From an uncultured Actinomycetes bacterium (GTDB taxonomy: Bacteria > Actinomycetota > Thermoleophilia > UBA2241), in the NCBI GenBank assembly GCA_963755025.1, contig CAVWIH010000033.1, positions 64,001-128,000 of the forward strand: a stretch of DNA of 64,000 nt. Direction: 5' to 3'. Position 1 is the stretch's first letter. Every line of letters starts with the position of its first letter. Position numbers and translations under genes: made by a program. This document shows positions 8,205 through 18,334 of this stretch, piece after piece. A model generated the notes under the pieces. It saw only the letters and a list, made by a program, of their open reading frames with translations, had not been told where the DNA came from and ran no database searches.

Positions 8205-9967
8205 GTGCCCACGGGGCTCGCCAGGGGGAGGCTCGGGCACACGCGGACCGCGCGACGGCGCCGGCCGGCGGCCGTCACGGCGCCGGCCCCGCACCGGCCC
8301 GGCCAAGCGTGCGCCGCACGCTCGACGGGCGCATGCGTCTGTTGCGCGTCGTCTTTCGTGGTCGCCTTCCTGGCGATCGGCGGCAAGGCGGTCGCCCTCA
8401 CCACCGGCGACGGCCAGCTGGCGGCCATCGCCCGCGACCAGCAGGTGCGCACGGTCGTGCTGCCGGCCCACCGTGGCGCCATCCTCGACCGCAACGGCGT
8501 GGCCAGCTTGCCGTCGCCCAGGCCGCCAAGACCGTCTACGCCACGCCCTACATGCTGAACGACCCGCGGACGGCCGCCAAGCGCCTCGCCGCGGTGCTCC
8601 AGCTCAAGTGGCGCCGCGTCTACCGCGCCATCGACGATCCGCAAGAGCGGCTTCGCCTACGTCGACCGCCAGGCCGACGCCGGCTGCTCGCCGACAAGGC
8701 CGACCGCGCTCGGCCTGCCGGGCGTCGCCAGCTACGCCGAAGAGAAGCGCGTCTACCCCCTGAACACGGCGGCCGCCCAGGTCGTGGGCTACGCCGGCAC
8801 CGACGGCCAGGGGCTGGCCGGCATCGAGTACAGTCGACAAGCCGCCCTGGCCGGCACGCGCCGGCCACCAGGTCGTCGTGCAAGACCCCGAAGGCCAGGC
8901 GCTGCAGGTCATCCAGTCGGTGCAGCCCAAGTCGGGCCACGACGTCCGCCTCACGATCGACAACGGCATCCAGCTCATGGCCGACCACGTGCTGGCCACC
9001 ACGGTGCGGGAGTTCCACGCCAAGGGTGGTACGGCGATCGTCGAGAACCCCAGGACCGGCGAGATCTACGCCATCTCCAACGTGCCGCTGGTGAACGCCA
9101 ATCGCTTCGGGGCGTCGCCGGCCCAGCAGGGCAACAAGGCCGTCATCTACAGCTACGAGCCCGGCTCGACCTTCAAGATGGTCACGGTCGCCGGCGCGCT
9201 GTCCGACGGCGTCGTGAACTCGAGCGTCGTTCCTGCTGCCGCCCGCCCTGCGGGTCGGCGACCGCGTCATCCACGACGCCGAGGTAGCGCGGCACGGAGC
9301 GCATGACCGTGGCCGAGATCCTCGCCAAGTCGAGCAACATCGGCGCCGTCACGATCGGCGAGAACGGCTCGGCAAGCAGCGCCTGCTCGACTGGATCGGG
9401 CGCTTCGGCTTCGGCAAGCTCACCGGCATCGACTTTCCCGGCGAGGTGCAGGGCTTCGTGCTGCCCGGCGACAAGTGGTGGTCGTCGACGATCGGCAACG
9501 TGCCCATGGGCCAGGGCATCTCGGTCACGCCCATCCAGATGGTGGCCGCCTACGGGGCCATCGCCAACGGCGGCGTCATGATGACGCCCTACCTCACGGC
9601 CCAGGTCGGCGACCACGTCGTCAAGCACAAGGCGGGCCGCCGCATCGTGAGCGCCGCGGTCGCCGCCGAACTGCGCGCCATGCTGTCCGACGTGGTCGCC
9701 GACGGCACCGGCACGCTCGCCAAGATCCCCGGCTACACCGTCGCCGGCAAGACCGGCACCGCGCAGAAGGCCCTGCCCAACGGCGGCGGCTACTCCACGA
9801 CCAACTACGTCGCCTCGTTCATCGGCATGGTGCCCGCCCGCGATCCGCAGCTCGTGGTCGCGGTGGTGGTCGATCAGCCGCACCCCTACTGGGGCGGCAC
9901 GGTGGCCGCACCCGCCTTCTCGCAGATCGCGGGCTACGCCCTGCAGCGTCTCGAGATCGCTCCGTGA
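8205..9967 (+). CDS. ftsI: Class B penicillin-binding protein FtsI (several frameshifts; start approximate)
   Basis: RGAILDRNG, YEPGSTFK (SxxK), KSSNIG (SxN) and AGKTGTAQK (KTG) motifs in successive frames. Confidence 0.9.
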
Positions 9968-9998
9968 GGGCGCCTGGTTTCTGGTATCATCGGCCCGC

Positions 9999-11541
9999 AT
10001 GAACCTAGCCGCTCTCGCCTTCGGCCTTGACCCAGGTCGCATCGACGGCGATCCCGACGTCGAGATCGGATCGCTCGCATGCAACACCCGCGACGTCGTC
10101 GCCGGCTCCCTCTTTTTCTGCATCCCCGGGCTGAAGGCCGACGGCCACGACTTCGCCCCCGAGGCGGTCGCGGCCGGCGCCGCGGCCCTCGTGTGCGAGC
10201 GCCCCCTGCCGCTGCCCGTCACCCAGCTCCTCGTGCCCGGCGCGCGGCGCGCCATGGCCCTGCTGTCGGCGCGCTTCTACGGCGAGCCCACCCGCGAGCT
10301 GCGGGTCGCCGCCGTCACCGGCACCAACGGCAAGACGACGACCGCTCACCTGCTGGCCGCCATCCTCGACGCCGCCGGCCTGCGGCCGGCGCTGCTGGGC
10401 ACCGTGGTCAACCGCATCGCCGGCGTCGAGCGCCCCGCCAAGCTGACCACGCCCGAGTCGATCGAGCTGCAGCGCCTCTTTCGCGAGATGGTCGACGGCG
10501 GCGACCTGTCGTGCGTCATGGAGGCTTCGTCGCACGCCCTCGCCCTCGAGCGCACCGCCGGCATCGAGTTCGCCTCGGTCGATCTTCACCAACCTCTCGC
10601 GCGACCACCTCGACTTTCACCCCACGCTCGACCACTACTTCGCCGCCAAGCGCTCGCTCTTTCTGCCCGGCGAGCAGCGCCGCCCGCGGGCGAGCGCGAT
10701 CGTCAACGCAGGCGACGAGCACGGCCGCCTGCTGATCGACGACTGCCGCGCGCCCTACGGCGACGACCTGTGGACCTTCGCGCTGGCCGGCGACGAGCTC
10801 GACGACACGGGCGAGGTCGACTGCCTGGCGGTCGACCTCGAGCTCTCCGCCGAGCGCTCCTCCTTCACGCTGGTCTCGCCGCGCCTCGGCCTGCGCGAGC
10901 CGCTCGCCATAGGCACGCCGGCGCGCTTCAACGTGGCCAACGCCATGGCCGCGGCCACGGCGGCGCTGGCCATGGGCCTGCCGGTCGCGACGGTGCGCGC
11001 GGGGCTCGCCGGCTCGGCCGGCGTGCCGGGGCGCGTCGAGCCCGTGCGCGCCGGTCAGCCCTTCAGCGTGCTGGTCGACTACTCCCACACGCCCGACTCG
11101 CTGGCCAACGTGCTGCGTGCGGTGCGCGCCGTCACCGGCGGCCGCCTGCTCACCGTGTTCGGCTGCGGCGGCGACCGCGACCGCGGCAAGCGCCCGCTCA
11201 TGGGAGCGGTCGCCGCCGACCTCGCCGACTTCGCCGTGCTCACCTCCGACAACCCGCGCAGCGAAGACCCCCTGGCGATCATCGCCGAGGTGGTCGCCGG
11301 CATCCCGCCCGAGCAGCGCGACCACGTCGTGGTCGAACCCGACCGGCGCGCCGCCATCCGCCTGGCGCTGCACGCGGCGCGCCCCGGCGACGGCCTGGTG
11401 ATCGCCGGCAAGGGCCACGAGCCCTACCAGATCCTGGGCGCCGAGACGATCCACTTCGACGACCGCGAGGTCGCCGCCGACGAGCTCGCGCGGCTCGGCT
11501 TCGCCGGCCCCGCGCCGGCCGACGCGAGCGACGCCTCGTGA
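9999..11541 (+). CDS. murE: UDP-MurNAc-tripeptide ligase MurE (frameshift near 10582)
   Basis: VTGTNGKTT, LTTPES, MEASSHAL, then TNLSRDHLDFH, DYSHTPD, GDRDRGKRP, DNPRSED and IAGKGHE. Confidence 0.94.
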
Positions 11542-12923
11542 TCCCCCTTACCCTCGAAGCGGTCACGGCCGCCTGCCGCGGCGTGCTCGAAGCCGGCGAC
11601 TCGCAGGCGCTGGCCACCGGCGTGGCCATCGACAGCCGGCAGGTCAAGCCCGGCGACCTGTTCGTGGCGCTGCACGGCGAGGCCTTCGACGGCGGCGACT
11701 TCGCCGCCGAGGCGCTCGGCGCCGGCGCGGTCGCCGTGGTGGTCTCGGCGCGCACGGCGGCCACCCTGCGCGCCGGCGCGCCGCGCATCGTGGTCGACGA
11801 CGGCCAGCAGGCGCTCGGCGACATCGCCGCCGCGGTGCGGCGCCGTTCCGGCGCCGCGGTCGTGGCGATCACCGGCAGCGTCGGCAAGACCTCGACCAAA
11901 GACGTGCTCGCCGCCCTGCTCGCGCCGGTGGCGCGCGTGGTGGCGACCAGCGGCAACTTCAACAACGAGATCGGCGTGCCGCTCACCGTGTTCGAGCTCG
12001 AGCCGAGCACCGAGGTGCTCGTCTGCGAGCTCGCCATGCGCGGCCCCGGCCAGATCGCCCAGCTCGCCGCCATCGTGCGCCCCGACGTGGGCGTCATCAC
12101 CAACATCGCGCCGGTCCACCTTGAGCACGTGGGCAGCATCGAGGGCGTCGCCGCGGCCAAGGCCGAGATCATCGCCGAGGTGGGCAAGGGCGCCCTCGTG
12201 GTGCCCGCCGACGAAGCGCTGCTCGAGCCCCACCTGCGCTACCACACCGGCCGTCTCGTCACCTTCGGCGCCGAGGGCGCCAACGTCTGCGTCGCCGAAG
12301 CGCAGCCGCGCGGCTTCGGCACCCACGCCCTGATCGACGCCTTCGGGCGGCGCGCGGCCTTCGACTTTCCCTTCAGCGGCGGCCACTACCTGCAAGACGC
12401 GCTGGCCGCCATCGCCGCGTTCATCGCCCTGGGCTACACCCTCGAAGAGGCCAAGCCCGGAGCCGCCACCGTGGTGTTCTCGGAGCTGCGCGGCAAGCTC
12501 GAAGAGCTGCCCCGCGGCGGCCTGCTGCTGAACGACGCCTACAACGCCAACCCGCTGTCCATGAAGGCCGCCATCGACCACCTCTGCACGGTGGCCGGCG
12601 AGCGCCCCCGCGTGGCCGTGCTCGGCGACATGTTCGAGCTCGGCTCGGGCGCGTCGGGGTTCCACCGCGAGGTGGGGCGCTACGCCGCCGCCAAGGGCGT
12701 GCGCGTGCTGGCGGTCGGCGTGCTCTCGCGCGACTACCTCACCGCCCCGGGCGGCACGTGGTACCCCACGGTCGAGGAGTGTCTCGCGGCGCTGCCCCAG
12801 GCGATCGCTCCCGGCAGCGCGATCCTCGTCAAGGCGTCGCGCGCCATGCGCCTCGAACGGGTCGCCGAGGCGATCCTTGCCCCGCCGGCTCCGGCCGCGC
12901 CGGCCGGATGCGCCGGCTGCTGA
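11538..12923 (+). CDS. murF: UDP-MurNAc-pentapeptide ligase MurF
   Basis: GTG overlaps the murE stop; ITGSVGKTSTK, NFNNEIGVP, DAYNANPLSM, LGDMFELG and VKASR motifs. Confidence 0.95.
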   Translation: MIPLTLEAVTAACRGVLEAGDSQALATGVAIDSRQVKPGDLFVALHGEAFDGGDFAAEALGAGAVAVVVSARTAATLRAGAPRIVVDDGQQALGDIAAAVRRRSGAAVVAITGSVGKTSTKDVLAALLAPVARVVATSGNFNNEIGVPLTVFELEPSTEVLVCELAMRGPGQIAQLAAIVRPDVGVITNIAPVHLEHVGSIEGVAAAKAEIIAEVGKGALVVPADEALLEPHLRYHTGRLVTFGAEGANVCVAEAQPRGFGTHALIDAFGRRAAFDFPFSGGHYLQDALAAIAAFIALGYTLEEAKPGAATVVFSELRGKLEELPRGGLLLNDAYNANPLSMKAAIDHLCTVAGERPRVAVLGDMFELGSGASGFHREVGRYAAAKGVRVLAVGVLSRDYLTAPGGTWYPTVEECLAALPQAIAPGSAILVKASRAMRLERVAEAILAPPAPAAPAGCAGC

Positions 12924-12944
12924 TACCGACGGCGAGGAGCGCTG

Positions 12945-13931
12945 ATGTTCACCGCCCTGGCCGCCGGCATCACCTCGATGGTCGTCATCCTCATCGTCGG
13001 GCCCTGGTTCATCGAGTGGCTGCGCCGCAACGAGTTCGGCCAGACGATCCGCGAAGAGGGCCCCGAGGGTCACAAGACCAAGGCCGGCACGCCGACCATG
13101 GGCGGCGTGCTCATCTGGCTGGCGGTGCTCGTGCCGTTCTTCATCTTCAGCCAGCTCTCGGTGGCCTCGTTCTCGGTGCTCGTGATCGCCCTGGGCTGCG
13201 CCCTGATCGGCTTCGCCGACGACTGGATGAAGATCATCAAGGGCCGCTCGCTGGGGCTCTCGGCGCGCTGGAAGATGCTCCTGCAGCTCATCCTGGGGCT
13301 GCTCGCCGGCTTTATCGCGCTGCACTTCGCCGGCTTAACGACGAGCGTCTCGATCCCCTTCTCGCACTCCCAGTGGCACGTGGGCACGATCGGTTTCTAC
13401 ATCCTGGTCTTCCTCGTGATCTCCGCAGCCAGCAACACCGTCAACCTGACCGACGGCCTCGACGGCCTGGCCGCGGGCAGCGTCGCCATCGTGCTCGTGG
13501 CCTACGCCGGCATCGCCTTCATCATCGGCCGCCACCTGCCCGACCCCGGGCTGCTCGACCTCTCGGTGCTCTCCACCTGCATCGTGGGCGCCTGCCTCGG
13601 CTTTTTGTGGTTCAACACGTTCCCCGCCGACGTGATGATGGGCGACACCGGCTCGCTGGGCCTGGGCGGCGCCATCGCCGGCATGGCGATCCTCACGCGC
13701 ACCGAACTGCTGCTCATCGTCATCGCCGGGCTGTTCGTGCTCGAGGGGCTGTCGGTCATCTTGCAGGTGGCGTCGTTCAAGCTCACGGGCAAGCGCATCT
13801 TCCTGATGGCACCGCTGCACCACCATTTCGAGCTGCTCAACTGGTCGGAGACCAAGGTGATCGTGCGCTTCTGGATCGTGGCGGCGATCTTCGCCGGCCT
13901 CGGCTTTGCGATCTACTACGCGACCTTCTGA
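12945..13931 (+). CDS. mraY: Phospho-MurNAc-pentapeptide transferase
   Basis: KAGTPTMGG, NLTDGLDGL, MGDTGSL and MAPLHHHFE motifs. Confidence 0.97.
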   Translation: MFTALAAGITSMVVILIVGPWFIEWLRRNEFGQTIREEGPEGHKTKAGTPTMGGVLIWLAVLVPFFIFSQLSVASFSVLVIALGCALIGFADDWMKIIKGRSLGLSARWKMLLQLILGLLAGFIALHFAGLTTSVSIPFSHSQWHVGTIGFYILVFLVISAASNTVNLTDGLDGLAAGSVAIVLVAYAGIAFIIGRHLPDPGLLDLSVLSTCIVGACLGFLWFNTFPADVMMGDTGSLGLGGAIAGMAILTRTELLLIVIAGLFVLEGLSVILQVASFKLTGKRIFLMAPLHHHFELLNWSETKVIVRFWIVAAIFAGLGFAIYYATF

Positions 13932-14270
13932 CGACCCTCACCTTCGCCTCGAGCGTGCGCGCGTCGTCGCCCTTTTGCCTGCACGCGGAGTAGCGGAACA
14001 GTCGGCCGGAGCCGGGTTCGAGTAGCGCTTCAGGGTGACCCTCAAGCACGAGTCGAGGGTGGCTCAGGGAGAGGTCGAGACCCAACGGTGCAGGGTTCGG
14101 CGTCGCGCGCCTGAACCCCCCTCTAACAGCGGCTGGCGTAGGCGCAGCCGCAGGGCCGTCGCCGGCCCGGGCGCAAGGCAGCCGCAAGGCAGCCGCCGGC
14201 CCGGGCGCAAGGCGGGCGGATGGTCGCCCAGGCAGTGCGACGGCACGAGCCGCTGCAGGAAGGAAGGAAC

Positions 14271-15698
14271 GTGACCGTACCCATCGCCGATCTGCGCTCG
14301 CTGGCCGTACTTGGGCTCGGCCGTTCCGGCCGCGCCGCCGCGCTGCTGGCGCGGCGCGCGCTGCCCGACGCCGCCGTGGCGGCGATCGACGCGAAGCCCG
14401 AGGCCGATCTGGGGACGGCGCCGGCCGAGCTGCGCGCCGCCGGCGCTCACCTGCTGCTCGGCGACGAAGCCGCGCTGCCCGAGGGCGTCGAGCTGCTCGT
14501 CAAGAGCCCCGGCGTGCCGACGAGCTCGCTGGTCGTGATCGCTGCGCTCGAGCGCGGCGTGCCGATCTGGAGCGAGGTCGAGTTCGCCGCGCGCTTTCTC
14601 ACGAACCGCTGGATCGCCATCACCGGCACCAACGGCAAGACCACGACGACCGAGCTCACCGGGCAGATCCTGCGCGACGCGGGGCGCCCGGTCGAGGTGG
14701 CCGGCAACGTCGGCCGGGCGCTCGCCGGCCTGCCCGGCGTGATCGCCCCCGACGCGGTCGTGGTGGCCGAGCTCTCGAGCTTTCAGCTGGAGCACATCGA
14801 ACGCTTCCGGCCCGACGTGGCCGTGCTGCTCAACCTGACCGAGGACCACATCGACCGCCACGGCAGCTACGCCAGCTACATCGACGCCAAGCTGCGCGTC
14901 TTCGAGAACCAGACGCCCGCCGACCTCGCCCTGGTGAACCTCGACGACCCCGACACCGCCGGCATCGCCGCGTCGCTGCCCGGCCGCGGGCGGCGCGGCG
15001 GCTTCTCGCTGGGCGCGCCGGTCGTACCGGTCGGCGCCGCCTTCGCCGCGCTCGCCGGCGTCGCCGACGGCACGCTGTGGCTGCAGGCCGGCGAGGGGCG
15101 CGTCGAACTGTGCCCGGTCGCCGCGCTCGCCCTGAAGGGCGACCACAACGTGGCCAACTCGCTGGCCGCGGCGGCCGCCGCTGCCGCGCTCGGCGTGCCC
15201 GCCGCGAGCATCGCCGCCACCCTGCAGACCTTTCCCGGCGTCGCCCACCGCCTGCAGGTCGTGGGCGAGGTCGGCGGCGTCACCTGGGTGAACGACTCCA
15301 AGGCGACCAACGTCGACGCCGCCGTCAAGGCGCTCACGGCTTACTCCGGCCCGGTCCACATGATCCTCGGCGGCTCGCTCAAGGGCGCCTCGTTCGACCC
15401 GCTGGCCGCGGCCACCGAGGGGCGCGTCAAAGAGGCCATCCTGATCGGCGCCGCGGCCGCCCCGCTGCGCGAGGCCTTCGAGCGTCGCCGCGCCGTGGTG
15501 GGGGAGAGGGCCACGCCCTTCGTCGAGCTGCCCGACCTCGAGGCCGCCGTGGCGCACGCCGCCGCGGTCGCCGTGCCGGGCGACGTCGTGCTGCTCAGCC
15601 CGGCCTGCGCGAGCTTCGACCACTACCGCAACTTCGAGCACCGCGGCGAGCACTTCGCGGCGCTCGTCGCGGCCCTCCGGGAGCGCACCGCGACATGA
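14271..15698 (+). CDS. murD: UDP-MurNAc-L-Ala-D-Glu ligase
   Basis: GLGRSG, KSPGVP, ITGTNGKTTT, ELSSFQL, NDSKATN and LLSPACASFD motifs; GTG after AGGAAGGAA. Confidence 0.96.
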   Translation: MTVPIADLRSLAVLGLGRSGRAAALLARRALPDAAVAAIDAKPEADLGTAPAELRAAGAHLLLGDEAALPEGVELLVKSPGVPTSSLVVIAALERGVPIWSEVEFAARFLTNRWIAITGTNGKTTTTELTGQILRDAGRPVEVAGNVGRALAGLPGVIAPDAVVVAELSSFQLEHIERFRPDVAVLLNLTEDHIDRHGSYASYIDAKLRVFENQTPADLALVNLDDPDTAGIAASLPGRGRRGGFSLGAPVVPVGAAFAALAGVADGTLWLQAGEGRVELCPVAALALKGDHNVANSLAAAAAAAALGVPAASIAATLQTFPGVAHRLQVVGEVGGVTWVNDSKATNVDAAVKALTAYSGPVHMILGGSLKGASFDPLAAATEGRVKEAILIGAAAAPLREAFERRRAVVGERATPFVELPDLEAAVAHAAAVAVPGDVVLLSPACASFDHYRNFEHRGEHFAALVAALRERTAT

Positions 15699-17301
15699 GC
15701 GGCCGCGTGCCCGGGACAAGCAACGAGCCCCAAAGCCCGCACTGGCTCGAGCCGGCGCCCGAGCGCCGCCGCGCCGCCGGGTCGTCTGAGCGCCGCGCCG
15801 CGCCGCGCGACCAGGCGAGCGAACGCGCTGCCTCGCGCGCAACCTCCGCCGAGCGCCGCGCCACGACCGACTCGGCTCGCGAGCGCCGCGCCGCGACCGA
15901 CTCCGCCGCCGAACGCCGCAGCGCCGAGCGCCGCAGCGCCGCGGCTGAGACGCCGGCTGAGCGCCGCGCCGCCGAGCGCCGCGCCGCCGAGCGCCGCGCC
16001 GGGCAGCGCCGCGCCTCCGCGACCGAAGAGCGCTCGCGCTCGGCGCGCGAACCGGCCGATGCGGGGCGCGCCGTCGCCGCCGCCGAGCGGCGCAGCGCAG
16101 CTCGCCGCCGCGCCGCCGTTCCGGGCCTCACCGACCGCGCCGTGCTGCTCACCACGACCTGCCTGCTGCTGCTCTTCGGCCTCGTCATGGCCTACAGCGC
16201 CTCGACCGCCAAGGCCTACTTCGCGTACGGCTCGAGCTGGTACCTGATCGAACGCCAGGCGTTCTTCGCCGTGCTGGGCGTGATCGCCATGATCGTGCTC
16301 GCGCGCGTCGACTACGTGGTCTGGCGGCGCGTCGCCACGCCGCTCTGGGTCTTCGCCCTGCTCAGCCTGCTCGTCGTGCTCGTGCCGGGCATCGGCACCG
16401 AGGTCAACGGCGCGCGCCGCTGGATCATCGTGGCCGGCTTCTCGTACTCGCCGAGCGAGCTCGCCAAGCTCGCCTGCGTCATGCTCGTCGCCGGCCTCGT
16501 CATCAAGCGTCCGGGCGAGATCGCTCACCGCCGGCGGCTTCGTGCGCACCCTCGCTCTGGGCATAGGGCCGGCGGCGGTGCTGATCATGGCCGAACCCGA
16601 CATGGGCACCACCATCATCCTGGTGCTGGCCGTGGTCGCGGTCGTCGTGGCGGCCGGGGCCCGCGTGCGCCACCTGGTCACGGCTCGGCTCGCTGGCGGT
16701 GGCCGCGATCGCCCTCGCCATCGTGGTCGAGCCCTACCGCATGCAGCGCCTGACCTCGTTCGTGAACCCCTGGAAGGACCCGCGCGGCGCCGGCATGCAG
16801 ACCGTGCAGTCGCTCATCTCGATCGCCTCGGGCCACCTGTTCGGCGTGGGTCTGGGCAACTCCATCCAGAAGTTCGGCTTTCTGCCGGAACAGACCACCG
16901 ACTCCATCACAGGTATCATCGGCGAGGAGCTCGGCCTGGTCGGGCTGCTCGTGCTGATCGCCCTGTACGTGGCGCTCGTGTGGACCATCTTCCGCATAGC
17001 GCTGCGCAGCCAGGAGCCCTACGGCAAGCTGCTCGCCGCCGGCATCGGCAGCGCCATCGGCGTGCAGGCCGCCGTCAACATCGGCGCCGCGCTCGGCGTG
17101 CTGCCGCTCACCGGCGTGCCCCTGCCGCTCGTCTCGTTCGGGGGCACCAGTCTCGTCGTCGTCTTAGCGGGCGTCGGCATCGTGGCCAACATCGCAAGCA
17201 ACCGCAGGAGTTACATCGTTGCCAGCACTGAACGACATTCGCGTCCTCGTGGCGGCGGGAGGGACGGGGGGGCATCTCACCCCGGCTCTCGCGGTCGCTG
17301 A
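15695..17301 (+). CDS. ftsW: SEDS peptidoglycan polymerase FtsW with a long charged N-terminal extension (frameshifts near 16524 and 16685)
   Basis: GLVMAYSAS, NGARRWI, PSELAK, EPDMGT, LPEQTTD, GEELG and TGVPLPLVSFGGTS motifs. Confidence 0.92.
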
Positions 17302-18334
17302 CGAGCTCACCGCGCGGGGCGCTCTCGTCACGTTCGTCACCACCCCGTCGCAGCTCGAGCGCGTCGCCGCGCGCTTTCCGGCCTACGCGCTCGCGATGCG
17401 CGGCTTCGAGCGCCGCCTGCTGGCCCGCGAGAACGCCCTCACGCTGTGGCGCCTGGCGGCTGCCGCGCCGCGCTCGTGGGGCATCGTCACGGCGGCGCGG
17501 CCGCAGGTCGCGGTGGGCGGCGGCGGTTACCTGAGCGGACCTGTCGTGGCGGCGGCCGCCCTGCGCCGCGTGCCGTCCCTCGCCATCGAGAGCGACGCCC
17601 ACCTGGGCGTCACCAACCGCCTGCTCTCCGCGGTCGTCTCGCGCGTCTGCCTGAGCTTTCCCATAGAAGGGCGCGAGCCGCCCCGCTTCGTGCTCACCGG
17701 ACGGCCCCTGTCGGCCGCGCAGCTCGACGCCGACGCCGCATCGGGCCGCGCCGCCTTTGGCCTTCGCCCTGCGCAGCCGGTGGTCCTTGTCTTCGGCGGC
17801 AGCCAGGGCGCGCAGAGCCTGAACCGCGCCTGCCTCGAGGCCTTCGGCACGGGGCCGCTCGCGCTGCAGGTGCTGCACGTCTGCGGGCCGCGCCACTTCG
17901 ACGAGATGACGGCGGCGCTCGCCGCGCGCGGCGCCGACGTTGAGCACTACCGTCTGCTGCCCTACACTGACGATCTGGCGCACGCCATGGCCGCGGCCGA
18001 CCTGGTCGTCGGTCGCGCCGGCGGTTCGGTCGCCGAGATCGCGGCCCTTGGGCGGCCCGCCGTCCTGGTCCCCTATCCCTTCGCCACCGCCGATCACCAG
18101 AGCAAGAACGCGGCCTTCATGGCCGCCGCGGGAGCCGCCGTCGTGGTCGCCGACGCCGACTTGAGCGGAGCGCTGCTGGGCCGCCTGGTCGGCGAGCTGC
18201 TGGGCGACGCCACCCGTCTGGCCCGCATGGCGGCCGCCAGCCGGGCGGCCGGTCGTCCCGACGCCACGCAGCGCGTCGCCGACCAGGTCGAGGCGCTGCT
18301 GGCCGGCCCCGAACGAGCGAGGAGTCGAGCGTGA
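17219..18334 (+). CDS. murG: Lipid II GlcNAc transferase
   Basis: GGTGGH, GGYLSGP, FGGSQGA and PYPFATADHQ motifs. Confidence 0.95.
   Translation: MPALNDIRVLVAAGGTGGHLTPALAVADELTARGALVTFVTTPSQLERVAARFPAYALAMRGFERRLLARENALTLWRLAAAAPRSWGIVTAARPQVAVGGGGYLSGPVVAAAALRRVPSLAIESDAHLGVTNRLLSAVVSRVCLSFPIEGREPPRFVLTGRPLSAAQLDADAASGRAAFGLRPAQPVVLVFGGSQGAQSLNRACLEAFGTGPLALQVLHVCGPRHFDEMTAALAARGADVEHYRLLPYTDDLAHAMAAADLVVGRAGGSVAEIAALGRPAVLVPYPFATADHQSKNAAFMAAAGAAVVVADADLSGALLGRLVGELLGDATRLARMAAASRAAGRPDATQRVADQVEALLAGPERARSRA

Noticed and set aside
9999-12923. 974-aa apparent MurE-MurF fusion in the ORF track
   Set aside because: A frameshift near 10582 moves the true MurE C terminus to another frame ending at 11541; murF has its own GTG at 11538
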